Below are positions 34,501-44,100 of a stretch of DNA of 64,000 nt, in pieces. The stretch covers positions 1 through 64,000 of IMG/VR virus record IMGVR_UViG_3300011339_000793. One strand, 5' to 3'. The position numbers and the translations under genes were made by a program. Positions within the stretch are counted from its first letter, which is position 1, and each line of letters opens with the position of its first letter. The notes under the pieces were generated by a model. It searched no databases. It was not told the DNA's origin and worked only from the letters and a program-made list of their open reading frames with translations. Origin of the DNA: a virus.

Positions 34501-35976
34501 TCCGTTACTGTTTACCCCCCAGTAATCTGTCGGGGTGGTTACAGTAGTAGGTCCCGCTTGCGTACCATCTGGTCTAGTTAATCTAGATTCCCAACTATTT
34601 ACACTTGTTACGTTAAAAGAACCAGTTTTTGCGTAGGCTGGTCCAGTAATAGTTGATGTTGTCCAAGTCCAATCGTATCTACTTAAAACAGTGCTGCTCA
34701 ATACTGGAGCACTTATTGAAAAAGCCGAAGGAAGGTATTGCGCTGCAGTAGTAACATTTTGAACTGTTACATTAAAAGCAAGTGGAGGAATAAGTATGTA
34801 TGTGTTCGAATAATCAGATATTATGGACACGCTGCCAGTCTGAGAAGCAGTGACTCTAAATCTATAATTTCCATTGCCGCTCGCGGCTCTACTAAATATA
34901 GTTGCACTTTGCGATGTAGAAGTAAATATTACTACCCCATCTTTTTCTAAACTATAAACATATGTAATAGCGTTGTCGTTGCCTCCCAGAGAAGCGTCCC
35001 AGGAACCTTGTAAATTTCCTCCAAGAAGTGAGAGATTTAGGTTTTGAGGCGCTTGTAGGGCTCCATCAGAGACCTCTAAAGTAGCAAAAGACAAGTCAGT
35101 TGTAGCAGTATTTGAGTTTATTGCACGAAGATTAGTTACTATTTGAGCGCCAACATCTCCTGCTTGAACTGTGTAGGAGCCTGTATTAATAGGATTTCTA
35201 GGGTTTGCAACATCTGTAATAACAGAGTTTCTTTGAAGAGTACTAACTCCTCCATCAAAACTAATCCAATAGTAATCAGGTCTAGTGTCATTTGTGAATG
35301 TAGTAGTGTTTGAAAAACTTGTAATCCACCTCAGAGTATCTCCAGGGCGAGGGCTTCTATTAGTAGTGGAGAGATTAAAAACTGCTCCCGTACTGGCTCT
35401 TGTAAGTTGAAGATATGTTCCAGTATCTACTGGTTGACGTTTTTGTATTCTTACAGTATTTGAAAACTGAGTTTCTCCATCTTTTATTACTCTGGCTCTT
35501 AGGAATATAAATTTTCCATCTTGACGGCGATATGTGTCTACATCACTGATTTCTCCCCCGACATCTCCGCTATAAGCAGCGTTTTCTAAGGCAGAAAGAT
35601 AAGAGATGTCTGTTGAAAATGATGTAGTTGTGGTTGTTCCAGTAAGTGTTCCAGCGTTGTTAGGGGTGGTGTTTTCATTTGTCCAACTTACTTGGTCCAG
35701 AAATGAATACTGAAATTTATATGCGTAAGAGCCAGAAACATCAGAGCCTCTGTAGAGTTGAATTGCTAAACCAACGCTTCTATTACTAAATAGTGCTCCA
35801 CCAGTAGGGTTTCTTAGAGTTGGAGAGAATGTTCCCGTGCTATGTACTTGTTTCCAGCCCTCTCCTGCTCCGCTTCCTGTATACACCCAAGCGCTATTTA
35901 CCGTTCGCCAAGAACCATCACGAACGTATATTTGAGTTACTGGTCTCCAAGAACCATCATGAATGTATGTTGTCAT
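31588..35976 (-). CDS. Large tail fibre / receptor-binding protein with Ig/FN3-like domains and a Cys-rich tip
   Basis: 1462 aa; short N-terminal WRPVTQIYVRDGSW module; FN3-like units (APQNLNL..W..S..Y; FTGLTAGTSYSF); 8 Cys in the last ~87 aa. Confidence 0.8.
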   Translation of the reverse strand: MTTYIHDGSWRPVTQIYVRDGSWRTVNSAWVYTGSGAGEGWKQVHSTGTFSPTLRNPTGGALFSNRSVGLAIQLYRGSDVSGSYAYKFQYSFLDQVSWTNENTTPNNAGTLTGTTTTTSFSTDISYLSALENAAYSGDVGGEISDVDTYRRQDGKFIFLRARVIKDGETQFSNTVRIQKRQPVDTGTYLQLTRASTGAVFNLSTTNRSPRPGDTLRWITSFSNTTTFTNDTRPDYYWISFDGGVSTLQRNSVITDVANPRNPINTGSYTVQAGDVGAQIVTNLRAINSNTATTDLSFATLEVSDGALQAPQNLNLSLLGGNLQGSWDASLGGNDNAITYVYSLEKDGVVIFTSTSQSATIFSRAASGNGNYRFRVTASQTGSVSIISDYSNTYILIPPLAFNVTVQNVTTAAQYLPSAFSISAPVLSSTVLSRYDWTWTTSTITGPAYAKTGSFNVTSVNSWESRLTRPDGTQAGPTTVTTPTDYWGVNSNGNHTETVTARNTRKNFVRVSWTRPAGTSAVSYRVTINAYSAATNGSLDWSRTINVEDINFVDIEHDYSANGAFSNGQAVLVTSVTAYDGSGQTGTSRAGTLPQFNEFGADGTTSWSGCNVISSASTARTDNLSVEVPSVGQLTTTGIFEPGETLSLTQGGGTWSPSYANWTKTSYNWLKSRTIQPATAGTSSTQVIANNSTAVGSEFFCEVVMNYKGNIQTVYSSVANIVPGPPFYSVDDLLNRTFRISGVSANNGTSFFGTYTGVSSGTIPETTITGGTFTSPTVNVGSISTTLFSRRYVTQVYPNTVTNIQINGTRSTVNTVTIATPPQSTGSRRYLFVAPSVGAGSTMYISTNGYFGNATMPTNNYLTSTLPTPGGFLNIAAQDLVMVSCFTKVDSGGTWIRYRGYRYNTPGGPFLEYQAYLTFTGEAYVLFIENGLTDYRSDLAYFQTGAQQNTWSANSLQDTSNFTVNQGTTGWTSRAVTTGTNDDGIVSFTVTAPARQHQASAVTRTAGGFTFSITNVADSTFESAATYTVSINRVSPAAVSINASTGLVTVTGLTASQFADVTVSKSRFGFDSPTNVVVQGQALAGAAPVQTVAPTISASGTADGSGTVRRVQSGGTVSGSAGTYNNQASITSGLLTILSNAYTGSDGDWTSSGVFASSVVVGDSAASSSANIYRWRDRVVGTDGTTVDFYTSVIYRAVYGPPPGGSENTGSRTQTSITLNYTGYGAQRIYRFRDGSQIDFFVPPASGPAVTTFTGLTAGTSYSFLLYGGNNEGYLSIGASGGTYTTSSAVVVGAPTINSSSATTSTITLNFTKGTNAPSTRAYLNGSFDGSTSGTSYTFAGLNAGSNYSLRLYGYDATYGESAGSAGGTYSTNAAAQVCTYSDQGSTYFSPQCFTIPPATFTGTGSYTPSGACCPTINKTQRWNCNSFDVNNSSSANYFVCFTVGQCAATSNSAGTRPICYVP

Positions 35977-35999
35977 CTTGTGTCTTTTATTTCCCTATC

Positions 36000-37301
36000 T
36001 TAGGTATATCTAAATACTACAGTACCAGTCGCCGCAGTCCCCGTAGGCTGCCCGCTTCCTTGCTGATATGTGCCAAAACCTAATACAAGGTCACCTAGTA
36101 ATTCAATTTTGGCAGAAGATAGGGATATTACCGTATCTGCTGATATAGATAATTGGTCTTGATACCCATAAATTGTTATGCCATAGGCACTACCGCTCCA
36201 ATCTATAAATTCAAAACCACCCTGACCAGAAATTAATCTTAAACTTCCATTACTTGTTGAACCCCCTCCGTTAATAAGTACTCCTCCACTACCCGCGTAG
36301 GATGTTTGAGTTACATTTTCAGAGATATAAATACCTAAACCACTTGGTGTTAAAAGAGTTGCAGAAGAGTCTCCATTATAGTCTTCCCCTCTCAAACTAA
36401 GAGTCGTGTATTTATTAGCCGTCTCGCCTCCTGAAATATCTAACCCCTGAGTACCAATACCTGGAGAAACTATTCCAACAACTGTGGAACCGTTGTCACC
36501 TCTAAAAATAAGTTTGTTAGTATTTGACATTTCAATTTTTCTACCGCTTAATGCTGTCTGAATAGTTCTACCAGTTAAAGTTCCAGTTACAATGTTATTT
36601 GCATCAATACTTGTCACTGCTAAATAATTTAATCCAAAAGTAGGCCAACGTGCATCGAGGGTAGCGCCGGGTCCAGCATATCTTCTAGGTTTACTTCCAG
36701 TGCTATCTATCGCACCAGATGGTGTTGTAACAGTTGTGGTATCAAACCAGATATCTCCAACTCGCAGTGCCCCACCACCCACTTGCGTAGTGGGCTCCGT
36801 GCTCTGACGAAAAACAGCACTTTTTCCATTAGCAGAAACCTCTGCTGCTGCTGCATCTGCTGCGGCATCTCCCGCAGCGGAAAGGGCAGCGGCAGCATCT
36901 GCAGCAGCATCATCTGCTGCTTGTTGTGCGGCAAGTGCGTCCGCAGCAGCATCATCTGCTGCTTGTTGTGCAATAGGGTCAGTAATATCAACATAATTGT
37001 CTTCTTCTTCTGAATACAACTTAGAAGAACCACTATCAGTATCAACAACTAATAGACCGTCTTTAGGGTTTTCTATCTGCCCAACTACATCATCAATGTC
37101 TCCTCCAGGAGGCACAATAACTGCTGTTCCAAAACTTACTTCATCCTCTGAGACAGAGTTTGGAGCAATAGCGGCTTTAGTAACAACGCGACCTGCTAAT
37201 TTTGTTCTAACAGGACGACGCTCTAAAGAACGTAAGCGACGCTGGACATCGGATAGATTGTTGTTAAGGTTTTTAGAACGAGAGCGACGTCTACTTGGCA
37301 T
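36000..37301 (-). CDS. Minor tail protein
   Basis: Likely start is the ATG at 37301 (AAGGAGG RBS). It has L..V.RRLRSLER N-terminal coil, AQQAADDAAAD repeats and a GDIWFDT module. It follows the tail-tip gene. Confidence 0.75.
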   Translation of the reverse strand: MPSRRRSRSKNLNNNLSDVQRRLRSLERRPVRTKLAGRVVTKAAIAPNSVSEDEVSFGTAVIVPPGGDIDDVVGQIENPKDGLLVVDTDSGSSKLYSEEEDNYVDITDPIAQQAADDAAADALAAQQAADDAAADAAAALSAAGDAAADAAAAEVSANGKSAVFRQSTEPTTQVGGGALRVGDIWFDTTTVTTPSGAIDSTGSKPRRYAGPGATLDARWPTFGLNYLAVTSIDANNIVTGTLTGRTIQTALSGRKIEMSNTNKLIFRGDNGSTVVGIVSPGIGTQGLDISGGETANKYTTLSLRGEDYNGDSSATLLTPSGLGIYISENVTQTSYAGSGGVLINGGGSTSNGSLRLISGQGGFEFIDWSGSAYGITIYGYQDQLSISADTVISLSSAKIELLGDLVLGFGTYQQGSGQPTGTAATGTVVFRYT

Positions 37302-39951
37302 TCTTCCTATCCTCCTTATACTCTGCAATTAATTCTAAATCAACCTTCTCGGGGAAGGTTGGAGTATCTGGAACAGATACTTTTATAGAAGTAATCTTTC
37401 TAACAATAATATCTGCTCTTGGCTCTAAGTCATTAGCCAACCTGGCCCTAATAAAATCATCATCAACAAGAATCGAGCACCATTGTCCAGGAAGATAATC
37501 ACCTACCTGCGGGTCAAGGGAGCCATTTATTGAAAGACTGAACGAGCCCTCGGGAGGTCTTGCCTCATCTAGAAAATCTTTAGCATATGTATACAAAGAT
37601 TCTTTTCCGTAAGCGGTTGTCTGGGCATCTGTTTTTTCTTCTATTTGGTCAAGAATAGGCCAACCTCTACCCAATAAATCAGTTGCAGATGCTGCCGCGT
37701 ATGGGTTTGAAGAACTCCCATCAACACCGTCTGTGTTTCCGCCAACCCACATTCTGGTTGCGGAGTCCTCAGCGTTTTCTGTAAAACTAAAATCTGTAAT
37801 ATTTCCTGGATATTGGAAAACAATATCGTCTGCCCCTAGAACACTTAGTGGATGAACTAGGTTTATGTAACCACCAGAGACTGCAGTAGAGGGGACGTTG
37901 TTGAATCCATAAGAGTAGTATCTCAATGTAGTCGGGGTTGGAGCATCTATAACTTCATACTCTCCATCAAAAGAAACACCAACATCCTGAACAGTTACAG
38001 ATTTAAGAGATGTCAGCCCGTGGGCAGTAGCCGTAGTGATTGTGGCAATATTAGAAGTAAGTTGTTTGTTAGTTACAGCAATAGGGACTGGAGCATTGAC
38101 AAAAGGAACAAAAGTAAAAGTTTTGTAGAACTGACCGCCAGCAAAATCACAATCTATTCTGTATTCAAAACCATTTACATCTTTAGAAAACTCTTCTAGA
38201 ATCTCACCAAACATACGCAAATCAGAGCCTCTAAATAGTTGCTGCTCTCCACTACCAATAACTTTTGTTGTAGTCGTCTGGTCTACCTCAAGGCCAATAT
38301 CAGAGTTTCCCGAAAAAGAACCAAATGTAGAGGCAACTGCTCTTGCTCCTACTTTTATTTTTCCGCCAAATACTCCTTCAGTTGCTTTATTGAGAGTATT
38401 GAATACGTTATAACTAACAGAGTTTGCTGTAGTTGTAGTAACTGTTTTTACTCCGTCATAATCACTATCAACATTTTCCACAACAATAAGTGCGTTTGAA
38501 GGTATTCCGTGGGCTGCTGCCGTGCCCAGTGTTGCCACCTTATATGAGGCAATTCCTCCTGTTACGGCTTGAGAGGCAGTATCAAATGTATCAACTACAT
38601 ATCTAAAAGTAGTCGGACTAGGAACTGCAGTGACTTCAAAGGTCCCATTAAGAGTAGAAGCCTGAGTATAAGAAACATTTTGACTAGCAACAGTTGCAGT
38701 AGTTGCTTTATCAATTTGAACAGTATTGCCAGAAATAGCAGTTATTTTTGTTCCAGGAGCAAATCCTGAAGTATGTGTAACTAGTTGTCCTGGTTTTAAG
38801 TTAGTTGCACTTGAAACAGTGATACTTGTAGAGTTACTAGCGGCATTTGTAATAGCAAAATAAGTAATACTGTTGTCAATTTTTGAAATGCTAACAGAAT
38901 CACCAATAGCCAACCCGTGGGGGGTAGAGGTTGTCATTGTTCCTATGTTAGAAGTGACCGCTTTATTGGTGATAGATAGTTCTACTGTTTTTATTTGTTT
39001 TGAGGTAACACTTACCTCTCTAAGAGTAGACACCGCTGTGCTACCTAATGTAATTGTTCCAGGAACCCTAACTGTTATAGTATTTGATGTAGGGGTGCTC
39101 TCTACTATTTGATAGCCATTTACATTTGTATCTACATCAACAAACTCCATCACTTGACCTGGTATAAAGTCGTGAACAGCAGATGTGGTCAGAGTAAACC
39201 TAGTCTCTCCAGGAGATGTCCCCGCAATAGGAGATGCTTGTTTAGTTGATATTGCATACTCTAGTTCTGTTGCAGGGGTTGTTTCATCGTTTTCAAAACC
39301 TAAACCAGCAAAATCTTCCCCAAGCCATCCTAAAATCTGTCTTGTTGTTTCGTAAGAATCAAGAACAATCTGAACAATTCCTGATGTTGTATTAGTGAGG
39401 GGAAGAACCGCTGCGCTGGCAAAACTAAAACTAGAAGGTGTTACAGAAGTTATTACTTTGTCCCCGTTGATAGATGGGTTGACCCCAGTGATTCTGACCG
39501 TTTCTCCTTGAAGAAAACCGTGAGGGCCGTTTGTAAAGATTATTGCCGATGTGCCAGTTGCTTGGTATTTAGTTGGATATAGAACTTCACTTCCATAGTA
39601 AAGAGTCTGCCAGACGGCTCGGTGATAGAAATAACTTATCCATTCGGCGCCATCAACTTGTAAGGTTTTGCTTGTAGGAGAGTATTGCCTACTCCAAATA
39701 ATTCCACCCCAGACGCAAACTCCGTTGCGCAAAACATACAAAGCAGTTTTTCCTGGCAGCGTTGATTCATACAAATCATAAGCAGTTGTTGCTTCAATTA
39801 CAGGTATGCTTCCAGAAAAAGAACCTGCTTTGCTTAGAGCACGCTCGTAAGATACATTTGTAAAAGGGATTTCGGCAATAGTTTGGTTGGTAAGTATGTC
39901 AACCAAAAAATACCTATAGTCCGCTGGAGTTATCTCGTTTATTGATACCAT
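37291..39951 (-). CDS. Tail tip / hub protein (ReqiPepy6 gp37-like) with inserted beta-barrel repeats
   Basis: YRYFLVDILT..IAEIPF..VSY..ALSKAGSFSG..ALYVLRNGVCVWGGIIWSR; C-terminal GWPILDQ; position after Dit. Confidence 0.8.
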   Translation of the reverse strand: MVSINEITPADYRYFLVDILTNQTIAEIPFTNVSYERALSKAGSFSGSIPVIEATTAYDLYESTLPGKTALYVLRNGVCVWGGIIWSRQYSPTSKTLQVDGAEWISYFYHRAVWQTLYYGSEVLYPTKYQATGTSAIIFTNGPHGFLQGETVRITGVNPSINGDKVITSVTPSSFSFASAAVLPLTNTTSGIVQIVLDSYETTRQILGWLGEDFAGLGFENDETTPATELEYAISTKQASPIAGTSPGETRFTLTTSAVHDFIPGQVMEFVDVDTNVNGYQIVESTPTSNTITVRVPGTITLGSTAVSTLREVSVTSKQIKTVELSITNKAVTSNIGTMTTSTPHGLAIGDSVSISKIDNSITYFAITNAASNSTSITVSSATNLKPGQLVTHTSGFAPGTKITAISGNTVQIDKATTATVASQNVSYTQASTLNGTFEVTAVPSPTTFRYVVDTFDTASQAVTGGIASYKVATLGTAAAHGIPSNALIVVENVDSDYDGVKTVTTTTANSVSYNVFNTLNKATEGVFGGKIKVGARAVASTFGSFSGNSDIGLEVDQTTTTKVIGSGEQQLFRGSDLRMFGEILEEFSKDVNGFEYRIDCDFAGGQFYKTFTFVPFVNAPVPIAVTNKQLTSNIATITTATAHGLTSLKSVTVQDVGVSFDGEYEVIDAPTPTTLRYYSYGFNNVPSTAVSGGYINLVHPLSVLGADDIVFQYPGNITDFSFTENAEDSATRMWVGGNTDGVDGSSSNPYAAASATDLLGRGWPILDQIEEKTDAQTTAYGKESLYTYAKDFLDEARPPEGSFSLSINGSLDPQVGDYLPGQWCSILVDDDFIRARLANDLEPRADIIVRKITSIKVSVPDTPTFPEKVDLELIAEYKEDRKNAK

Positions 39952-39973
39952 ATTCGTCTCTTTAGTCTATCTA

Positions 39974-41125
39974 CTACGCTAGCCAGGCAGGACGATACTT
40001 TACCGTTAGTTTTGCTGTTGAACTTGAAGGCACTCCGTTGTCTCTAAAAGAAAGACTATTATTTCCTGGAGCCAACTCTATCCATTCATTGTAAACATCT
40101 AATTTAAGACGAGCGTTGCTATATTCACCGTTCAAATACACTTGACGATTATATGTATCAATTTCTAGTAAGTCTGGTCCGTATGTAAGAGTTCCACTAG
40201 AAGGAGTTGAGTTTGTATTTGAAGTAGTAATTCCAATAGTAAAAGAAGTAGAGTTAGGAACTGTCAAGACAAGTCTATCTACGCCATCAAAAGGAGCGGA
40301 TAGACCAGTAATATCAATATAGTCTCCAACAACTAAGCCATGAGCAGCAGATGTGGTGAGTGTGACAATGTTGTCTGAGACAGCCCTATTTGTAATACTT
40401 CTTGTTGACAACGGTCTAAGAGAACCAGATATTGTTATTGTTTGTTTATTAGTTTGATTGTCAATATATGCTGGTCCAGTGATTGGTCCTAGAACCTCTA
40501 AATACGGATGAGTTGCATAGTTGCCAGTATTATTAATAACTGAGATACCAGTTCTAACTGGAGAAGCAACGCTCTTAGGTAGAATTTCTAAAGTTCTATA
40601 GCCCTCTTCATCAGCCTCATACCACTCATACTTTAGAGGGTCAGCAGCACGAAGACCGATGGAAAAATCAGTTCTACCGCGAGCGTTGACTGTTTCAATG
40701 TTGACGTCTCCACTAAGTCGAACAAACGATGCTTTAGTTGGGCTTTCACTTGTTTTTAACCATCCTCCTGAGTAGACAAGGTTTACTGCTTGTACAAGTC
40801 TATTACGAGCCGCGGCGACTAAAGATGGGTCTGGGCATAAGAAAGAGCCCTCTATGGACAGGTCACGGGCGTTAAACCTACCTTTGACGTCATATGAGCC
40901 ATCACCCCAGCCGCGCTTTAGGTCTGGTATTTCTGGAGAAGGCAAGGTCCACCAGCCCTCAATATTAGTAATAACCCAGACAACTCCAAACTCATCAATA
41001 CGGTTAAAAACAAAGTCGTTGAGAGATATGTCTTCCTGGAGTTTCATTCCAGTCAGATGCGGCTGTGGAAGCGGTGTGAGACCTAAATTAGCATAATAAT
41101 TTTCTTGCTTTTGATTTAGAGGCAT
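39974..41125 (-). CDS. Distal tail protein (Dit-like)
   Basis: WVITNIEGWW..P..RGWGDGS..R...IEGSF; LRAADPLKY; N.GNY.T.P..GP; WIELAPG.N; KYRPAW. It follows the tape measure gene. Confidence 0.85.
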   Translation of the reverse strand: MPLNQKQENYYANLGLTPLPQPHLTGMKLQEDISLNDFVFNRIDEFGVVWVITNIEGWWTLPSPEIPDLKRGWGDGSYDVKGRFNARDLSIEGSFLCPDPSLVAAARNRLVQAVNLVYSGGWLKTSESPTKASFVRLSGDVNIETVNARGRTDFSIGLRAADPLKYEWYEADEEGYRTLEILPKSVASPVRTGISVINNTGNYATHPYLEVLGPITGPAYIDNQTNKQTITISGSLRPLSTRSITNRAVSDNIVTLTTSAAHGLVVGDYIDITGLSAPFDGVDRLVLTVPNSTSFTIGITTSNTNSTPSSGTLTYGPDLLEIDTYNRQVYLNGEYSNARLKLDVYNEWIELAPGNNSLSFRDNGVPSSSTAKLTVKYRPAWLA

Positions 41126-44100
41126 TATGCGGCTCCCTTACGAAGCGAGTAAGCAATCTGACGGGAAACAAGAGCGGCAAGTTCTCTTTCATCCATACCA
41201 GGAGATGGATAAACATTTACAGTCATACCGTTGCCAGAGAGAAGTTCAATCATTGCTTTGTCGCGCTTTGACAAACCATCCGGGTCAAGAGGTTCAACAC
41301 GCTCCGGGCGACCTGCTTCACCAATGCGTGCAAGCATTCCTCCTGAAGTCGCTGGGATAACTCCACCCTTTGCAAGAAAAGGAATGTCAGGGGTATTTAG
41401 TGTAAAACCTTTACCAGCAAGAGGTCCTAGAGGGATTCCAAAAACTGATTTTGGAAATGTTAGACCAAGTGAAAAATTATTCCATTTACCGATAATAAAG
41501 TTTAGAGCGCTCTTAAATGAATCCTTAACGCCGTTGAATAGACCTGCTGCAGCGGTTGCTATTTTTCCTGGAAGTTGTTTTATATAGTCAATAAAACCAG
41601 TAAAAAGGCCTTTTGCTGCATCAATAGCAGTTTTAAGTTTATCCGAAACCCATGACCAAACTTTGGAACCTGCTTCTACAAACTTTGCTGGTAGACCTGT
41701 AATAAAGGTAACGAGGAGACCAAAGTTTGTTTTTATATTTTCAATTCTTTCTTTTACTAAATCAACAATCCAGTCCCAAATCTTAAGACCTAGTTCTTTT
41801 AGTTTTGCGCCTAGCCCTCCAATAAATTCAAAGATGGCAGTCCAGTTGGCAATGAAGTTATCTTTAGCGGTAATAAATACATCAACAATCCAGTCCCAAA
41901 TCTTCTTACCTATTGCTAATAACTTACCAGGAAGTTCTTTAATGAAGTCAAAGATTGCTACCCAAGCACCAATGTAAAGGTCAATTGCTATCTTGAATAC
42001 GTCAACAATCCAATCCCAAATCTTTGCGCCAATCTCTAGCAGTTTCCCGCCTAGACCCTTAATAAAGTCAAAAATTGCTGACCATGCAGCAATGTATAGT
42101 TCTACTGCCGTCTTGAAGGTGTCAACAATCCAGTCCCAAATTTTAGAAGCAAGGGCCGCAATTTTTCCTGGAAGTCCTTTTATAAAATCAAGAATTGTGT
42201 CCCAGTTTTTAACAATTGCAAGGATGGCTAAACCAAATGGTCCAGTAAGAACTGCAAGAATAAGTGGCCAGTTGTCTTTTAGCCAGCCGATTACATTCCC
42301 AACAACCTCTTTTATCTTGTCCCAAATCTTTGGAAGTGCCTCTGTCGTGGCGTCCCAAACCTTTGTGAATATCTCTTTTAGTTTTGTTGGAAGTTCCTTA
42401 AAGAACGCAACAATCTTGTCCCAGTTTTGAATAATAAGAGGAAGAACTAGAAGAAGAATTCCAATTGGTCCACCAAACATTGCAAGTCCTCGACCTGCCG
42501 CACGCATACCAGCACCTGCTGCAGTTGCCGCTCTTGCTAAACCGTATTTTGCTTTAGCCGCTATGTTAGATTGAACAGCGCTCTTTCCAATTAGAGGGGT
42601 TGCAGTTCCAGACTTAACACCTAGTTGTTGGATTGCAGTGCCTGCCTGACCGGCTGATACATAAATCCCCTGCATTGCTGCTTTTTTCTGCTTATCAACA
42701 ATCATTTGTTTTTGGAGTTCTACTCTTGTCAGACCCGAGCCGTTTCTAACTCCTCTAAAAGGGTCACCAGCAGCCATTCCACTGATTGTTCCTTTTAGTT
42801 TGCCAAAAGTTCCAATAACTCTAGATACGTTTCCAATTACTACCTTCGAGAAAAATCCTATTGACTTATATACAATTCCAAAAGCCGCTGCAATAGGAAG
42901 AACAAATGAGGCTGCATTTATAAGTGCTTTTCCAATAGGGCTTCCAAAGAAAGTATTGAGAGCACCAAGAATTTTACTTAAAACATTGAAAAATGTTGTT
43001 ATAGAACCTGATTCAGTAAATTTTTGCACGAGGAGAGAGAATTGAATTAAGAAGTCACCAAAAGCAGGCAAAGAGCCTGTTAGCCCTTCTCCAATTTCTC
43101 CAAAAATATCAGCAACTTTTCCTAGTTGCTTAAAGAAAATACCTAGTTCAGGGTTGTCAGCAAGTTTTATAAAGTTTCCAAGAATTTTTCCTACTAAATC
43201 AAATAATGCTGTTCCATTTTTGGCAGCATCAGCAAAAAATTCTTTTAAGGGTTTACCATCTATTTCTTCTAACTTCTTAAACTTTTCGCTAGCCTTTTCA
43301 AAGTAATCTAAGAAAATTTGACCACCACTACCAGGCCCTACGTTGGCATCAAATATTTTTCCAATCCCAGCAAAAACATTGCTAAAAATTCTTCCTAGTT
43401 GTTTGATGGCAAGTCTTGCTGTATCAAATCTTTTGGCAAGTTTTCCAGTCTTCTCATCTGCTTTAAGGGTCTCTTTCCAACCACCTGTAAGAGTAACTAG
43501 CCACTTACCAAACTCGTCAATAAGAGGTTTTGCTGCTGTTAGTAGAATAAGGAATACTTCATAGAGATTAGAAGTGGCATCGCCTAAGTTAGTTATAAAG
43601 GTATCGTTTGTCTCCCAGATACTCTTTAGTCGCTCTAAATTCTCTGCTGAAGTTATTGTTTCTGAGAGTTTTATGGCTACATCGCCAATAACTCCACCTG
43701 TTTTTTCAAAAAGAGGAATCAATACAGGAAGAAGTTTAGTTCTTATGTTTTCTAGTGCTGTCTCTAGTTTTGGAAATAAATTTTTACCAGCGGCAGTTTT
43801 TAGTGCTTTAAGTGCTGGTATAAAAGTCTTAACCATATACTCAGCAAATTTTCTTGCTTCAGGAGATAAATCAGCAAGAGCCTCCGCGTAAGCATCAGCA
43901 GCACCCGCGGCATCGTCCGTACTGTTTTTTAGTTCCTTCAAATCATAAGCAGCACGCTTCTGCGCCTCTTTATTATCAATAATTAGATTCTTAAGGTCGC
44001 CTACAGCATCTTTTTGTTCGTTGAAAGCATCAACTACTTTTTGCTGACCCTTTACTTGACTGTCTAAATCTGGTCCAAGTTTTGCGTTATTTGCTTCTTG

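Noticed and set aside
31588-35976. Diversity-generating retroelement target in the tail fibre
   Set aside because: No reverse transcriptase, and no TR/VR pair differing at adenines, was seen in the window.
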